A stretch of 57,978 nucleotides of DNA from Candidatus Omnitrophota bacterium (GCA_020632515.1 JACKFK010000012.1:1-57978), one strand, 5' to 3'. Positions 19,153 to 31,253 are shown, numbered from the stretch's first letter. A program made the numbers and translations. The notes: generated by a model not told the origin, from the sequence alone.

Positions 19153-20285
19153 TAGATATTAAAGAAAAATTCTGGTATAGCTACGATATATTTAATGTTA
19201 AAAGCCCACCGGAGAAACATTTTTATTGGTAAACTTACTGCCAATAATAAAAGAATAGTAAAAACGGAATAACGTAAAACCCCTAATCGATGATAAATAT
19301 TTTTAAATAAAGTTTTTGATAAAACTAACGGCGCTAAGCCAAAATATAGAGCAATTAAAAGAAACCCGACACCTTCACGTAATAAAATATTACTTGGCAA
19401 ACTGCGGTTAAGCCAAATCATATAAACATATTCAGATAAATTGATATTTGTTAAAGCTTCTAATTTATGTATATCCCAGTATTCAAAAGGCCCGAAGAAA
19501 TTCCAATTCGGTCCGCGTAAGAATGTACCTGTTGAAATTAGAAAAATCCATAAAACTAACCATAAAAACATAAAAATAGATACCGCCATTTTACGATCTT
19601 CAAAGGTATAATACCCACAACCTTTACGATTATTATCAATAAAAGGAATTGCCATCATACCAATCATAATTACAGTAGGAAATAACACCCCAGCCAGCCA
19701 AGGATCGAAATAAACAAGCATTTCTTGAAGACCAAGAAAATACCAAGGTGCTTTTGAGGGATTTGGAGAAACTGAAGGATTTGCCGGTTCTTCCAAAGGA
19801 GCTTTTAAAACCATTGCCCATGTTAATAAAAGCGCAGCACATAATATTAAAGCAATGAATTCAATGTAAACCAAGTCGGGCCAAACAAGAATTTTTTCTT
19901 TCGCGTCCTCAGCTTCGTTCGGAAGCTTGCCTTGAGCAATACGTTGATCATTCTCTCGGGCTTGATACATGGATAACCATAAAAAGAAAACCACAAGAAA
20001 AATTAACCCTACAATTGGAACATTATCAGGCTTAGCTACAATTTTCTGAAAATTTGGATCTGTTAAACCAAAGGCAAAAAAGCCGATTAACAAAGAAAAG
20101 AGAACAACAGCCCCCTTCTTTGTCCAGATATTATATAATTTGAGGCGCTTATTTATTTTCAACAAATAATCATTTGGTGGGAAAATAAAAAAATAAAGAA
20201 ATAATATCGATGGAAATAAAATCTTTGGATTAGTTAAAGTATTAATTATTTCTTTCAAATGTTCCATAATTATATTTTTTTCCAA
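19152..20285 (-). CDS. Cytochrome b C-terminal subunit (subunit IV/QcrC-like) with N-terminal TM extension
   Basis: VWPDLVY, APLEEPANP, SKAPWYFLG (PEWY-equivalent). Confidence 0.8.
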   Translation of the reverse strand: MEKNIIMEHLKEIINTLTNPKILFPSILFLYFFIFPPNDYLLKINKRLKLYNIWTKKGAVVLFSLLIGFFAFGLTDPNFQKIVAKPDNVPIVGLIFLVVFFLWLSMYQARENDQRIAQGKLPNEAEDAKEKILVWPDLVYIEFIALILCAALLLTWAMVLKAPLEEPANPSVSPNPSKAPWYFLGLQEMLVYFDPWLAGVLFPTVIMIGMMAIPFIDNNRKGCGYYTFEDRKMAVSIFMFLWLVLWIFLISTGTFLRGPNWNFFGPFEYWDIHKLEALTNINLSEYVYMIWLNRSLPSNILLREGVGFLLIALYFGLAPLVLSKTLFKNIYHRLGVLRYSVFTILLLLAVSLPIKMFLRWAFNIKYIVAIPEFFFNI

Positions 20286-20307
20286 TTAAATAAATTTTTG
20301 GATAATT

Positions 20308-21102
20308 TTATGTTGGTCCAGAAATCCCACCATCTTTACGAACTCTCCAAAAATGGACAATCATAAAAATCATAATAACAAAAGGCAGACCTATACAATG
20401 CAATACGTAAAATCGTAACAAAGCCCCTTCTCCAACAAAACGACCGCCTAACATGGCAAAACGCGCATCACTTGAAGAAGTAATAAAATTTACATCCCCG
20501 ATTGCTAATAATGCCGACCCCGGACCTGAGGTTCCAACCAATGGTGTAGCTCCAGCCATATTTGAACCAACCGTAATAGCCCAAATAGCTAATTGATCCC
20601 AAGGCAACAAATAACCGGTAAAACTTAATAACATCGTCAAAACCAATAACACAACCCCAATCGCCCAATTAAATTCTCGTGGCGGTTTATAAGAACCTGT
20701 CATAAAAACACGAAACATATGTAACCAGACGGTAATGACCATCAAATGAGCGCCCCAACGATGAACTTCACGCATAATTCCTAAAGGAACCTGTTCTCTC
20801 ATATCAATAATATCACCGTACGCATATTCAACAGTAGGACGATAATAAAACATTAGTAAAATCCCTGTAACTGTTAACACTAGAAAGACGAAAAAGGATA
20901 ATCCCCCCATACACCAAGTATACTTAACCTTTACCGCATGCTTGGGCAAACGCACCGGATGCAAATGAAGAAATACCCCGTTAAGCATCACCATCATTCG
21001 TTGACGGCGATTACGAGGAATTCCCGTCCGGAATATCGCCCGCCACACTTGTGTTTGCGTTATCTTTTCGATTAACGATTTTTTATTTGATTGATCTGAC
21101 AT
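20308..21102 (-). CDS. qcrB: Cytochrome b6-type subunit with heme ci cysteine
   Basis: WCMGGLS, two His pairs (second with 14 intervening residues as in b6), GYLLPWDQ, C-terminal GISGP. Confidence 0.9.
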   Translation of the reverse strand: MSDQSNKKSLIEKITQTQVWRAIFRTGIPRNRRQRMMVMLNGVFLHLHPVRLPKHAVKVKYTWCMGGLSFFVFLVLTVTGILLMFYYRPTVEYAYGDIIDMREQVPLGIMREVHRWGAHLMVITVWLHMFRVFMTGSYKPPREFNWAIGVVLLVLTMLLSFTGYLLPWDQLAIWAITVGSNMAGATPLVGTSGPGSALLAIGDVNFITSSSDARFAMLGGRFVGEGALLRFYVLHCIGLPFVIMIFMIVHFWRVRKDGGISGPT

Positions 21103-21120
21103 AAAAACTCTCCCAACATA

Positions 21121-21669
21121 TTAAACAAGGACAAAAGATTCTGGATCGTTCCATTCCCCTTTTTCAAACTGAAATTTCTTAGTTTTATCAACAAGAAGTT
21201 CGCCTGTATCGCTCAGTTCAATTTTAAATCGTTCTAAAGGTCGAGGGGCAGGTCCTTCAAAATTAATTCCATTTTTATAAAACCCACTTCCATGACAAGG
21301 ACACTTATATTTACCTTCACTAGGTTGCCAATTCGGTGTGCAACCTAAATGCGTACAAACGGTGGATAAGGCGTAGATTTTATCTTGTTCTCTAACAATC
21401 CATACTCCAAATTGATCTTTAAATTTTTCTGAAACTTCACCCAGATTATAGTCCGTAATAAAACCAGCGCGAAATGATTGTTTAGGTTCAAATAATACAT
21501 TGGGGAATAAATAACGAAGAATTAATGAACCATATCCACCTAAAACCGCCGCAAATGCGGCCCAACCAACTGTAAGCCATTTTATAAATGATCGTCGGTC
21601 GATAGATTGGTCATTACATTTAATTTCTTTGTTTGATGATGGATCTGATGTTGTGGAAGATTGTGTCAT
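21121..21669 (-). CDS. qcrA: Rieske [2Fe-2S] protein
   Basis: Twin-Arg anchor DRRSF; CTHLGC and CPCHGS boxes. Confidence 0.93.
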   Translation of the reverse strand: MTQSSTTSDPSSNKEIKCNDQSIDRRSFIKWLTVGWAAFAAVLGGYGSLILRYLFPNVLFEPKQSFRAGFITDYNLGEVSEKFKDQFGVWIVREQDKIYALSTVCTHLGCTPNWQPSEGKYKCPCHGSGFYKNGINFEGPAPRPLERFKIELSDTGELLVDKTKKFQFEKGEWNDPESFVLV

Positions 21670-21670
21670 T

Positions 21671-22537
21671 TTATTTTGATTTCAATAATTCCAAAGCAGT
21701 TGCGCGAACTTTCATATTGGAATCTGTTTTGGATAACTCTTCTATTTTTTTATTAATTGTTGGAATATTCAGTTTACTACCAGCTTTTAAAGATTCAATT
21801 ATTAAATGATTTTCTTCTTGCTGATCAACCTCTTTAAAATTTTCTAAGTAATTTCGATCCATTAAATTTAAAAGAATTTCTTCTCCACTATCATTAAATA
21901 TATTTGCCAAGCCAATTGCCGCCCCCCATTGCACATTAACTTCTGAATCATTCAACGCTTTTTCAAGAATATTTTCACTTTCTTTGGCTTCCAAATTTCC
22001 AATGGCAACAACAGCAATTGATCGAATACGTGCATTAGGATGCGTTGAAAATGGTGTTAACGCCGGAAGAGAGGTTTTATTTTTTATCATTCCTAAAGCG
22101 TATAATAAAAAAGGAATATTTTCTTCTCGTTCTTTCTCCAAAGCCTTTATTAAAGGATTTGTATAAATTCGATTACCTGTTCTCCCCATTGCTAAGGCTA
22201 AATATTGCCGAACTCGAGGATCGTCGAGGCTGGACTGTTCAAAAACATTTTGTAATTCATGATAGAATCGATCTTCCTGTGGAAGCAGCGCAGGATTACT
22301 TAACATTTTTGAAAGCTCAAAGGCTCCTTGCCAGCGTTTTGTTGATCCTCCGGCTTTAATATCGTTTAAATAATCATAAGCCGAACGTTTTTCTCTTGTT
22401 AATAAATGCATACCAGCAAAGAGTAACAAACAAAAAACAGCAATGAGAAAAGGAATTACAAAGAACGAATGAACGATAACTTTAAAAAAAGATTTTTCTT
22501 CACTTACGTTGGCATTGGTCATTGGTTGATAGTTCAA
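21671..22537 (-). CDS. Membrane-anchored HEAT-repeat protein
   Basis: N-terminal TM then repeated VR..A..ALG-type units; start may be ATG 22522. Confidence 0.8.
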   Translation of the reverse strand: MNYQPMTNANVSEEKSFFKVIVHSFFVIPFLIAVFCLLLFAGMHLLTREKRSAYDYLNDIKAGGSTKRWQGAFELSKMLSNPALLPQEDRFYHELQNVFEQSSLDDPRVRQYLALAMGRTGNRIYTNPLIKALEKEREENIPFLLYALGMIKNKTSLPALTPFSTHPNARIRSIAVVAIGNLEAKESENILEKALNDSEVNVQWGAAIGLANIFNDSGEEILLNLMDRNYLENFKEVDQQEENHLIIESLKAGSKLNIPTINKKIEELSKTDSNMKVRATALELLKSK

Positions 22538-22598
22538 TTATAACAATCAATTTAATAATAAAAAGGAAATTCTAAATTATTTTCTGAAAGAAATTTGT

Positions 22599-22626
22599 AT
22601 TATAACTATTTTTTAAAAAATGTAAA
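22599..22626 (-). promoter_or_regulatory. Putative internal sigma70 promoter for the Rieske/b module
   Basis: TTTACA-16 nt-TATAAT. Confidence 0.5.
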
Positions 22627-22648
22627 TACCGAATAAAAATTTATTTTC

Positions 22649-22921
22649 TCATCGAGTTTTATCAACTTTTATAGCTTGATCAACCAAAATTAAAACTTCA
22701 CTACCAACATCAACTTCTAAAATTCCACTTTTAATATTAAATCTTTCCATTGATTGATTCTGTCTAACCTCAATGGTTCCGTCCTTTAAGGTAGTTACAA
22801 AAGGCGCATGATTGGCTAAGATCCCTACAGATCCTTCTTCTCCTGGAACGGAAACAGATTCAACCGATTCATCAAAAACTTTTCCGTTTGGTGTAATAAT
22901 TGAAAGATGCAGATTGGCCAT
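22649..22921 (-). CDS. atpC: ATP synthase epsilon, N-terminal beta domain only
   Basis: IITPNG, VPGEEG..GILANHAP; 90 aa, no C-terminal helices. Confidence 0.88.
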   Translation of the reverse strand: MANLHLSIITPNGKVFDESVESVSVPGEEGSVGILANHAPFVTTLKDGTIEVRQNQSMERFNIKSGILEVDVGSEVLILVDQAIKVDKTR

Positions 22922-22925
22922 AAGT

Positions 22926-24356
<1,431 letters not shown>

Positions 24357-24378
24357 TTATTTAATATTCCATCATTTC

Positions 24379-25275
24379 TTATTTTAACGCTTCAGCGCCT
24401 GCCACAATTTCTGTTAATTCCGTAGTGATCGCAGCCTGTCTAGCACGATTGCGTAATAAAGTATTCTTTTGTATAAGATCAACAGCATTTTTTGTTGCGT
24501 TATCCATCGAGGTCATCCGCGCGCCATGTTCACCTGCCCAATTCTCCAGCATCGCAAAATAAACCTTAAAATATAAAAAATGTGGAATTAAATAATTAAG
24601 TAATACCTTTTGATTAGGTTCAAATATATATCCATATTCATTTTTTGTAATATTTTCTTTGGTATCATCCCGTAAATCTCGCCGGATTAAAACAGCAGGA
24701 TCAATTGGCAAAATTTTTTCAAATATTGATTTTTGTAATAAAGGACTAAAAAACTGATTATAAACAAGATAAATCTCATGATATTCCCCAAGAATAAAAT
24801 GCTCGGCTAAATCACCTCCTATACGGACAGCAGATTCAAAACTTGGCTCATTATTCAAATTTTCATAATGGTTCTTAATTGGCAGACGTCGTTGAAAAAA
24901 GGCATATCCTTTCTTCCCACAGCAACTCACATCAATCTGATCGTACTGGCCTTGATTACGTTCAATCCACGATAATACCTGTTTATGCGCATTATGATTA
25001 AAAGCGCCGCATAACCCTCGATCAGAAGTAAAAACTAAAATTAAGGCTTTATTATTTTCCTTGTGAGTCTTTAATAGAGGATGATCATCTTTGGTTAATT
25101 GCGCGGTCACACGTGAAATTAAGTCCGTAATATGTTTAGCATAAGATTTCGCGTTTGATTGAGCTTCATTCGCTTTACGTAATTTACTCGCAGAAACCAT
25201 TTTCATGGTTTTCGTAATTTTTTGCGTATTTTTAAGACTTTTAATCTTGGAATTATATTCTTTAATGCTTGGCAT
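24379..25275 (-). CDS. atpG: ATP synthase gamma
   Basis: KITKTMKMVS, SDRGLCG, RQAAITTEL. Confidence 0.97.
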   Translation of the reverse strand: MPSIKEYNSKIKSLKNTQKITKTMKMVSASKLRKANEAQSNAKSYAKHITDLISRVTAQLTKDDHPLLKTHKENNKALILVFTSDRGLCGAFNHNAHKQVLSWIERNQGQYDQIDVSCCGKKGYAFFQRRLPIKNHYENLNNEPSFESAVRIGGDLAEHFILGEYHEIYLVYNQFFSPLLQKSIFEKILPIDPAVLIRRDLRDDTKENITKNEYGYIFEPNQKVLLNYLIPHFLYFKVYFAMLENWAGEHGARMTSMDNATKNAVDLIQKNTLLRNRARQAAITTELTEIVAGAEALK

Positions 25276-25277
25276 AA

Positions 25278-26801
25278 TTATGCGCTTTGCTGATATTTCC
25301 CTTTAAATTCTGTTAATAACTCCTGTAAGGATTTCTTGACTTCATCATTTAAAGCTTTTTCTTTTTCAAACAATTTCACAAAGTCAGTATACATTGAATC
25401 AAGGGCATCAAATAATTTTGCTTCAAAGTCTTTTACTTTATTCACAGGAATATCATCCAAATACCCATTAACGCCGGCGTAAATAATAGAAACTTGTTTA
25501 ACAACACTTAAAGGAGAATAGATACCTTGCTTGATAATCTCCATTAATCGCTGCCCCCGCTCTAACTGATGCCTGGTGGCCGCATCCAAATCGGAAGCAA
25601 ATTGAGAAAAAGCTTCTAATTCACGAAATTGAGCCAAATCTAACCGTAGTGTGCCCGCCGTTTGCTTCATCGCTTTAATCTGCGCATCGCCACCGACCCG
25701 GGAAACTGATATACCAGGGTTAATGGCTGGACGTTGGCCAGAATTAAACAAATCGGATTCTAAAAATATCTGTCCATCCGTAATTGAAATAACATTCGTT
25801 GGAATATAAGCGGAAACATCTCCTGCCTGTGTCTCAATAATTGGTAAAGAGGTTAAACTCCCTCCACCATTTTTATCATTCATTTTTGCTGAACGTTCAA
25901 GCAACCGACTATGCAGATAAAAAATATCTCCTGGATACGCTTCTCGTCCTGGAGGACGTCTTAACAATAATGATAACTGCCTATAGGCTTGTGCTTGTTT
26001 GGTCAAATCGTCATAAATAATCAAAGCATGTCGTCCGCTATCACGATAATATTCTGCCATAGCTGTTGCAGAATACGGGGCCAAAAACTGCATTGGCGCA
26101 GGATCCGACGCAGTCGCCGCCACAATGGTGGTATATTCCATGGCACCATGTTTCTTTAAAGTTTCATAAACTTGCGCTACCGTAGAACGCTTTTGTCCAA
26201 TCGCGACGTAAAAACAAAAAACACCTTGTCCTCGCTGGTTAATAATAGTATCAATGGCTAAAGAAGTTTTTCCTGTTTTCCGATCACCGATAATTAATTC
26301 CCGTTGCCCCCGACCAATCGGTGTTAAAGCATCGATAACTTTAATACCTGTTTGTAAAGGTTCATGAACATTTTTGCGTTCAATAATTCCAGGCGCTTTA
26401 ATTTCAATTTGTCGTAATTCTTTAGTTTCAATCGGCGCGTTACCATCGATCGCAACACCGAGCGCATCCACAATACGGCCAATGAGAACATCCCCAGCCG
26501 GGACTGAAGAAATTTTCTTAGTCCGTCGAACTTCATCTCCTTCTTTTATTCCTGTATCCGCACCAAAGATAGCGACCCCAACATTATCTTCTTCCAAGTT
26601 AAGCGCCATGCCCATAATTTTTGCCTGTGAAAACTCAACAAGTTCTCCTGCCATAACATTATTAAGTCCATGAATCCGCGCAATGCCATCGCCCACAGAT
26701 AAAACTGTTCCTATTTCGTAATTTTGTGATTTTTTTTCAAAATCCGTTAACTGCTGACGTAAAATCGCGGAAACTTCTTCCGGTTTAATATTTAAAGACA
26801 T
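25278..26801 (-). CDS. atpA: ATP synthase alpha
   Basis: [27 protein letters not shown]. Confidence 0.98.
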   Translation of the reverse strand: MSLNIKPEEVSAILRQQLTDFEKKSQNYEIGTVLSVGDGIARIHGLNNVMAGELVEFSQAKIMGMALNLEEDNVGVAIFGADTGIKEGDEVRRTKKISSVPAGDVLIGRIVDALGVAIDGNAPIETKELRQIEIKAPGIIERKNVHEPLQTGIKVIDALTPIGRGQRELIIGDRKTGKTSLAIDTIINQRGQGVFCFYVAIGQKRSTVAQVYETLKKHGAMEYTTIVAATASDPAPMQFLAPYSATAMAEYYRDSGRHALIIYDDLTKQAQAYRQLSLLLRRPPGREAYPGDIFYLHSRLLERSAKMNDKNGGGSLTSLPIIETQAGDVSAYIPTNVISITDGQIFLESDLFNSGQRPAINPGISVSRVGGDAQIKAMKQTAGTLRLDLAQFRELEAFSQFASDLDAATRHQLERGQRLMEIIKQGIYSPLSVVKQVSIIYAGVNGYLDDIPVNKVKDFEAKLFDALDSMYTDFVKLFEKEKALNDEVKKSLQELLTEFKGKYQQSA

Positions 26802-26813
26802 AGAACAAATCCT

Positions 26814-27350
26814 TTATACAGAGACAAGATTATTCTTAAATTTATCTAATAAGGATTGGATGCTAAAATCAAGCACTTGATCTTCAATCTGTAACTTAAT
26901 GCCACCAATCATGTCTTCATCCAAGAAAACATGCGGCTCAATTTCCTTTCGAAACTTTAACTTCAAATGCTGAGAAATATTACTAAGCTGTTGTTTTGAC
27001 AATTCAGTCTTTGTGATGATCCGCACACTCATTATATTTTTATGTCTTTTGTAAATTTCAGCAAATTTAAGACATATTAAAGCAAGATAATTCAGCCTCT
27101 TTTTTTTTACTAATAATAAAAGAAAGCGCATAACACTCTCATCAACTTTTGCCATGAATATTTTTTTCAGAATCATAATTTGTGAAGTTTCTTCTAGCGT
27201 CGGATCTTTAAGAAATTCTTGAAAATCAGAAGCTTGCAAAATTATTTTATGGATAAATTCCAACTCTGTGTAAATTTTGTCAAGCTCACCTTGATTTTCG
27301 ACAAATGAAAATAAAGCTTGGGCGTATCGTTGTGCTACAACAGAATTCAT
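26814..27350 (-). CDS. atpH: ATP synthase delta
   Basis: VAQRYAQALF, IGGIKLQI..D.S; canonical position. Confidence 0.9.
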   Translation of the reverse strand: MNSVVAQRYAQALFSFVENQGELDKIYTELEFIHKIILQASDFQEFLKDPTLEETSQIMILKKIFMAKVDESVMRFLLLLVKKKRLNYLALICLKFAEIYKRHKNIMSVRIITKTELSKQQLSNISQHLKLKFRKEIEPHVFLDEDMIGGIKLQIEDQVLDFSIQSLLDKFKNNLVSV

Positions 27351-27353
27351 TTG

Positions 27354-27899
27354 CTATATTTCACGAATATATTGATTAATAAGTTTTTTATTCTTCTCTT
27401 CATCCAGATTTTCTTCAATAATCTTGCTAGCTAATTTTACGATAATATCAGCACTTTCAGCGCGTAGATTTGCTCGAGCCTTCTCGACTTCATTTTTAAT
27501 CTCCCTTTGCGCGTTTTCAATAAGTATTTGACTTTCTTCACGCGCTTTTTGTTCAATATGTTTAGCAGCTTCATGTGCCGCCTTTTTTGAACGTTCAATC
27601 AGAGCCTTGCTTTTCTCTTCAGCTTCTGCAATTAAATTTCTACATTTAGCATCAATTTCTTCTAACTCCTTTTTAATCTGATCTGCATTCTTAACCGCAT
27701 CTTCAATGTGTTTTTCACGGTGATCAAGAGCGGCTAAAATCGGTTTCCACGCATACTTATACAAAACCGCTAACAATAAAAAAAAAGTAATCCAAGTTAG
27801 AAAAAGCATTGTTGCATCAGGATTAATAAATCCTGATGGTTGATCGTGATGCTCTATAGACTCTTCTAAACCTTCAACTAATAAATTGTCTTTACTCAT
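27354..27899 (-). CDS. atpF: ATP synthase subunit b
   Basis: TM then AWKPILAALDHRE and a coiled coil. Confidence 0.92.
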   Translation of the reverse strand: MSKDNLLVEGLEESIEHHDQPSGFINPDATMLFLTWITFFLLLAVLYKYAWKPILAALDHREKHIEDAVKNADQIKKELEEIDAKCRNLIAEAEEKSKALIERSKKAAHEAAKHIEQKAREESQILIENAQREIKNEVEKARANLRAESADIIVKLASKIIEENLDEEKNKKLINQYIREI

Positions 27900-27911
27900 A
27901 ATTTTAAAAGT

Positions 27912-28136
27912 TTATTTATTTAAGGCCATTAAACAAATAACCGCGCAAAAAAAGGCAACCCCTTCAATAAGCGCAGCCGCGATAATCATGGCGGTTTGTA
28001 TTTTATTTCCTGCTTCAGGCTGTCGAGCAATTCCTTCCATAGCTGAAGCAGCAATTTTACCAATACCAATTCCTGCTCCTAACGTGACAACGCCAGCCCC
28101 TATTGCAGCAAAACTTCCTGCCGTTAATGTCTCCAT
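27912..28136 (-). CDS. atpE: ATP synthase subunit c (H+-type signature)
   Basis: GAGIGIG, ARQPE, LIEGVA; lacks the Q...E-S/T Na+ motif. Confidence 0.95.
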   Translation of the reverse strand: METLTAGSFAAIGAGVVTLGAGIGIGKIAASAMEGIARQPEAGNKIQTAMIIAAALIEGVAFFCAVICLMALNK

Positions 28137-28231
28137 AATTTTGTATCCTTTCTTTTTAAATATTATAATTTTTTAGATTATATCGATTGAATAACTTCAT
28201 GTAAAGCATTACTGCTTTAAATTAAGAAAAA

Positions 28232-28996
28232 TTAATGCTCAGGATGATACATCTGGCCAATAAACATGGCCGATAGTAATGTATAAATATAGGCTTGCAA
28301 AAAAGCCACAAGAATTTCAAGTATATAAATTAATAACGCTAATAAAACAGCTGGTAAGGCGGCGTATCCTAATAAAACAACCATTCCTAATAATGAAAGA
28401 ATAACGATATGACCAGCAAGCATATTAGCAAATAGTCGAATCATCAGGGCAAACGACTTTATAAATAATCCAACTATTTCAATCGGTATCAGTAGTAATA
28501 AAACCGGCCCGGGCACGCCAGAAGGAATAAAAGCCTTAAAAAAACCGCCAAGTCCATTTTTATAAATTGCTCCAAAAATCATAAAACTTAATGTAATTAA
28601 CGCCAATCCCGCTGTCACATTAATATTCGCTGTAGCTGTTGAAAAAAGAGGAATTAATCCCATCACATTTAATGTCAAAATAAAGAAGAAAAATGTGCAG
28701 AAAAGTGGTGTCATTCGCCGGCCATCTTCTTTTCCTAAATAAGCGATGGCAATTTGATCACGGACAAATAACACAAATATTTCCAATAAATTTGTTATCC
28801 CTTTAGGAACACGCTCGTTCTTTTTATACTGAAAACAAAACAAATAGATAAGAATTAATGATGCAATAAATAACATAACCCCATGCAAGGAAATATGCTG
28901 CGGTAAATTAATCACAGGTAAGAATGGTAAATGCCACTGATCGGTATCATTTAAATGATGCAAAATATAATTGTCTAGATTAAAAGGACCTGTCAT
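28232..28996 (-). CDS. atpB: ATP synthase subunit a
   Basis: TATANINVT, RLFANMLAGH, LQAYIYTLL. Confidence 0.95.
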   Translation of the reverse strand: MTGPFNLDNYILHHLNDTDQWHLPFLPVINLPQHISLHGVMLFIASLILIYLFCFQYKKNERVPKGITNLLEIFVLFVRDQIAIAYLGKEDGRRMTPLFCTFFFFILTLNVMGLIPLFSTATANINVTAGLALITLSFMIFGAIYKNGLGGFFKAFIPSGVPGPVLLLLIPIEIVGLFIKSFALMIRLFANMLAGHIVILSLLGMVVLLGYAALPAVLLALLIYILEILVAFLQAYIYTLLSAMFIGQMYHPEH

Positions 28997-29005
28997 TGGA
29001 AATAT

Positions 29006-29353
29006 TTATTTCCTCAATAAAGATTTTCTATGCAATTGTGTAATATGATAAACCATAAATAGAAGATACACAACCATGAATGAAAAAATTAATTGTTCCG
29101 AATAAAACTTTTTCGTATTTAAAATAAAGCTTAAAATTGTTAAAAAAATAAGAAACTTTACCCCATTAAATAGCATACATTTCAAAGCAAAATTTTCTGA
29201 TTGTTTTTCTATCCTGCGACTTAAAAAAAGCGTTACTATTTGATACAATATTGCTAAAAAAATTCCAATCAAAAACTCAAAGGTATGAATTTTATAAAAT
29301 ACTAAATAAGTTAAAAGATAAGAAATTATACTGAAGGAAAGTATATTAATCAT
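29006..29353 (-). CDS. AtpI-like 4-TM membrane protein
   Basis: Position before atpB and hydrophobic profile only. Confidence 0.55.
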   Translation of the reverse strand: MINILSFSIISYLLTYLVFYKIHTFEFLIGIFLAILYQIVTLFLSRRIEKQSENFALKCMLFNGVKFLIFLTILSFILNTKKFYSEQLIFSFMVVYLLFMVYHITQLHRKSLLRK

Positions 29354-29565
29354 GAATCTTTACGGTTGGTTTCTTTAATCACTTTCCATAATTCATAAAA
29401 ACAGTAAATTAAACCGAATAGAGCTCCAATAATGGTCCAAAAAAAATCATTCCCTCTTTTTTGATCTAAATAGAAACCGCCCACGGAAAATAAAATCATC
29501 CCTCCAGCCAAATTCATTCCTAATGAAACATAAGATGTTGCTTTGCTATCAGGCTTTTTCATCAA
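29350..29565 (-). CDS. AtpZ/AtpI-family protein
   Basis: G..LD...G....TIIG.L.G pattern, 2 TM. Confidence 0.8.
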   Translation of the reverse strand: MMKKPDSKATSYVSLGMNLAGGMILFSVGGFYLDQKRGNDFFWTIIGALFGLIYCFYELWKVIKETNRKDS

Positions 29566-31243
29566 AACTTAGAATTTGGTGGATTTCATCTTCTTTATCA
29601 CTTGTTAATAAACGTTCTCTATTGGATTCTAAAGAAATAAATCTTGCCACTTGAGCAATTAAATTTAACTGCATCCCATCATCATTACTATCCGTTAATT
29701 CTAAAAATAATAGACGGACAGGCATATTATCGGGGCTACCAAAATCAATACCATCTTTCAGACGGAAAAAACATAATATAGGTGTTTTTAAATTGGGGAG
29801 CCTCGCATGTGGTAAGGCCACGCCTTCACCAATAGCTGTACTTAGACTTGTTTCTCTTTCCCAAATCGCTTTTTGAATAAGCTTAGCATTATCAATGATC
29901 TTACGTTTAGCCATTAACTTAGTAATTGCGTCAATAACCTGCTCTTTAGTTTTTCCTTGTACATCCAAAAAGATATGATCTTTATCAAAAAATTTCGCCA
30001 ATGGTCGACGAACACCTTTAATCGCCCATTTTAGAAGAGGGCCAACACCAATTGAAGTAAGCACACAAATAATCACTATACTTGAAAAAATAATCTCATT
30101 AAATACACCCAATTCAAAGCCAATTAGCGCGATAATAATCCCCATGGTTCCCTGCGTATTAAGACCGCAGGCTACCGCGAATGCATTCTTTCTACCTAGA
30201 CCACCAAGAATTGCCCCAATATAGGCGCCGCCTATTTTACAAAAAGAAGAAATAAAAAGTAAGAGAAGAATAACTATCCAACTGGTCTCTTCTGTAAATT
30301 TTAATTGCATCCCAATTAAGACAAAAAATATTGGCGCGAACACAGCAAAAATAAATTCTTGCGTCCATTGCCTCATATAAGGTGTGATTTTCTGTGATTC
30401 GCCCGCCATTAAGCCGGCCACAAAAGCTCCGAAAATAACGTGTATTCCGAGCATATGCGCGACAGCCCCATTCAAAAGCGCTAAAGAAAAAAGTAAGGAC
30501 AACGCTACCGTTGTATCCATTTTCTTATAGCCGATCATATCAAAAAATTTATCAATTACCCGAGGAGCTATCGTAAGCGTAAAAACCAAATAAACAACCA
30601 TCGTTATAATTGGTTTTAAGAATGTCTCTAAGGTAAACGTTCCTTTGATAATTAAGGATAATATCATCGCGACAATAGACCATCCCCAAATATCACTTAA
30701 AACACCTGTGGTAAGAATCTTCAACCCCACTTCCGATTGAAAGATTTTTAGATCAAAAAGTATTTTTGCAATGACTGGAATTGCCACAACTGCTAAGGCA
30801 ATAGAAATTAATAATTTCACATGGATCGGATTAATATCTTGCGGAAAGAAAGAGTGTGGCAAAAAAAATGAAAACCAATAAACCCCGATAAAAGGAAATA
30901 ACAATGCAATCAAAGACATATAAATACTTTGCTTACCTTGACGCAGTGATGCTCTTAAGTCAATCTCAAGCCCCGTAATTAACAATAAAAAAATAACACA
31001 GAGCCAAGAAATTCCCTGTAAAAGGTATGGCTGAAATCCTTCGGATGGAAATAAGAAATTAAAATGCTTAGGAAGAAGTTTCCCAAATATCATCGGACCA
31101 AGTATAATTCCAGCACCAACTTCTCCGACAATAATTGGTTGCCCTAAACGCCTGGCTAATTCACCAAATATTCTAGCTGCCAGCATAATAATGCCTAACT
31201 CTGCGACAAAAATAAATACCGCATGCTCACTTAAAACAGGCAT
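29549..31243 (-). CDS. CPA2-type cation:proton antiporter fused to a PTS EIIA(Ntr/Fru)-like domain
   Basis: GQPIIVGEVGAGIILGP, FGAFVAG, KIGG; C-terminal TAIGEGVALPHAR. Confidence 0.85.
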   Translation of the reverse strand: MPVLSEHAVFIFVAELGIIMLAARIFGELARRLGQPIIVGEVGAGIILGPMIFGKLLPKHFNFLFPSEGFQPYLLQGISWLCVIFLLLITGLEIDLRASLRQGKQSIYMSLIALLFPFIGVYWFSFFLPHSFFPQDINPIHVKLLISIALAVVAIPVIAKILFDLKIFQSEVGLKILTTGVLSDIWGWSIVAMILSLIIKGTFTLETFLKPIITMVVYLVFTLTIAPRVIDKFFDMIGYKKMDTTVALSLLFSLALLNGAVAHMLGIHVIFGAFVAGLMAGESQKITPYMRQWTQEFIFAVFAPIFFVLIGMQLKFTEETSWIVILLLLFISSFCKIGGAYIGAILGGLGRKNAFAVACGLNTQGTMGIIIALIGFELGVFNEIIFSSIVIICVLTSIGVGPLLKWAIKGVRRPLAKFFDKDHIFLDVQGKTKEQVIDAITKLMAKRKIIDNAKLIQKAIWERETSLSTAIGEGVALPHARLPNLKTPILCFFRLKDGIDFGSPDNMPVRLLFLELTDSNDDGMQLNLIAQVARFISLESNRERLLTSDKEDEIHQILSFDEKA

Positions 31244-31253
31244 TTCTTTATTC

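Noticed and set aside
15021-22537. Alternative complex III
   Set aside because: No ActB molybdopterin-like or NrfD-type ActC/F subunit is recognisable; Rieske and b6 motifs are clear.
27912-28136. Possible Na+-translocating or N-type ATPase
   Set aside because: The c subunit lacks the Q/E/S-T sodium signature and the gene order is the canonical F-type BEFHAGDC.
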